DNA from: Candidatus Aldehydirespiratoraceae bacterium
Lineage (GTDB): Bacteria > Actinomycetota > Acidimicrobiia > Acidimicrobiales > Aldehydirespiratoraceae
Reading direction: 5' to 3'
Length of the DNA: 64,000 bases
NCBI GenBank assembly: GCA_965198365.1
Contig: OZ240617.1
Coordinates: 1,029,988 to 1,093,987 of the forward strand
The stretch's first letter is position 1. The number at the start of each line of letters is the position of its first letter. Shown one piece after another: positions 63,220 through 64,000 of this stretch. The notes beneath the pieces were generated by a model. That model saw only the letters and a program-made list of their open reading frames with translations, was not told where the DNA came from and ran no database searches. Both the position numbers and the translations under genes were made by a program.

Positions 63220-64000
63220 ATGTCAATTCTGCACGCCATTGTTCTCGGCATTGTGCAGGGGCTGTCTGAATTTTTGCCGATCTCATCGAGTGCACATTTG
63301 GAGCTGACTCGCTGGCTGTTCGGCTGGGAGGAACTCAGTGGTGAACTCGAGACATCGTTTGACGTTGCCGTGCATCTGGGAACGCTCGTCGGTGCGGTCG
63401 CTTATCTCCGCGCTGACATCGCCAAGTACATCGTCGCCGGACTAGCCCCCCTGTGGCGTCAACCGCTCACCAACGATGGACGTGTTGGCTGGTTCCTGGT
63501 CGTTTCTGCGGTGCCGGCGGGGTTGGTTGGGGTTCTGCTCGCCGATCAGATCAACAACCTTGACGGGATAGCCACGATTGCCGTCATGTTGATTGTGTTC
63601 GGGTTGTTTTTGCTGCTGGCCGATCGGCTGCCGGAACGGCGAGGCCAAGACGAGTTCACCCTCCGTGACGCCCTGCTGATGGGCGTGGGCCAAGCTCTGG
63701 CCCTACAGCCTGGGGTTTCGCGTTCAGGGGCTTCCCTGACGGTTTCACGCTTGCTGGGGTTCCAAAGAGAAGCTGCGGCCAGGTTGGTGTTCTTGATGAG
63801 CCTTCCGATCATTGCTGGTGCCGGGTTGTTCGCCTTGGCAGACGCTGACATTCCGTCGTCATTCTGGCCACCGTTTCTGTGGGGCGCAGCAACCTCTGCG
63901 CTGACAGGTTGGGTGGCGGTGTGGGGAATGCTTCGCCTGGTCCGGAGCCACAGCTTCACTCCTTTCGTCTGGTACAGGGTGATCGTCGGTCTCGGTGTGC
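63220..64000 (+). CDS. uppP: undecaprenyl-diphosphate phosphatase, 3'-partial
   Basis: ATG 63220: MSILHAIVLGIVQGLSEFLPISSSAHL (BacA/UppP signature). The frame is open to the window end, so it is absent from the ORF track. Confidence 0.85.
   Translation, partial: MSILHAIVLGIVQGLSEFLPISSSAHLELTRWLFGWEELSGELETSFDVAVHLGTLVGAVAYLRADIAKYIVAGLAPLWRQPLTNDGRVGWFLVVSAVPAGLVGVLLADQINNLDGIATIAVMLIVFGLFLLLADRLPERRGQDEFTLRDALLMGVGQALALQPGVSRSGASLTVSRLLGFQREAAARLVFLMSLPIIAGAGLFALADADIPSSFWPPFLWGAATSALTGWVAVWGMLRLVRSHSFTPFVWYRVIVGLGV

Overview
High-GC, Actinomycetota-like chromosomal window. Supporting signals are MurT/GatD, CofC/FbiD (F420), an MMPL transporter, a DUF222-HNH protein and a leaderless-type TA promoter. 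Housekeeping genes occupy both flanks. On the left (1-18.7 kb): gpsA, rnhB, trmH-like, murT/gatD, and a Rieske / FAD-oxidoreductase / MMPL / GPP34-P450 lipid-type cluster. On the right (43-64 kb): mutM, topo IV-like parC/parE, cpfC/hemH, ABC transporters, an ABC-F ATPase, nifU-like, dxs, tldD/pmbA, uppP. Between about 18.9 and 42.9 kb lies a mosaic accessory (defence) island with no integrase or tRNA visible. A Type I R-M system is split into hsdR (23.6-27.0 kb, carrying a C-terminal AlbA_2-like domain) and hsdS-hsdM (39.5-42.9 kb). About 12.5 kb of cargo sits between them:
- a frameshifted DUF488 gene and a NYN-domain protein
- a RelE/YefM toxin-antitoxin pair
- a PD-(D/E)xK protein with a tandemly duplicated unknown C-terminal domain
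- an AAA+ ATPase divergent from a frameshifted nuclease-like gene
- a compact methyltransferase / DGQHR (DndB-like) / 447-aa-unknown operon, which is my best candidate for an undescribed system

A decayed deletion copy of the hsdR end plus its upstream 62-aa acidic ORF lies at 20.4-21.3 kb. Outside the island, a TlpA-like lipoprotein gene has an in-frame TGA exactly at the first Cys of its CxxC motif, followed by a SECIS-like hairpin, making it a candidate selenoprotein. Several intergenic regions carry degenerate tandem repeats. All calls come from motif reading of the supplied ORF translations and the raw sequence. No database search was run.
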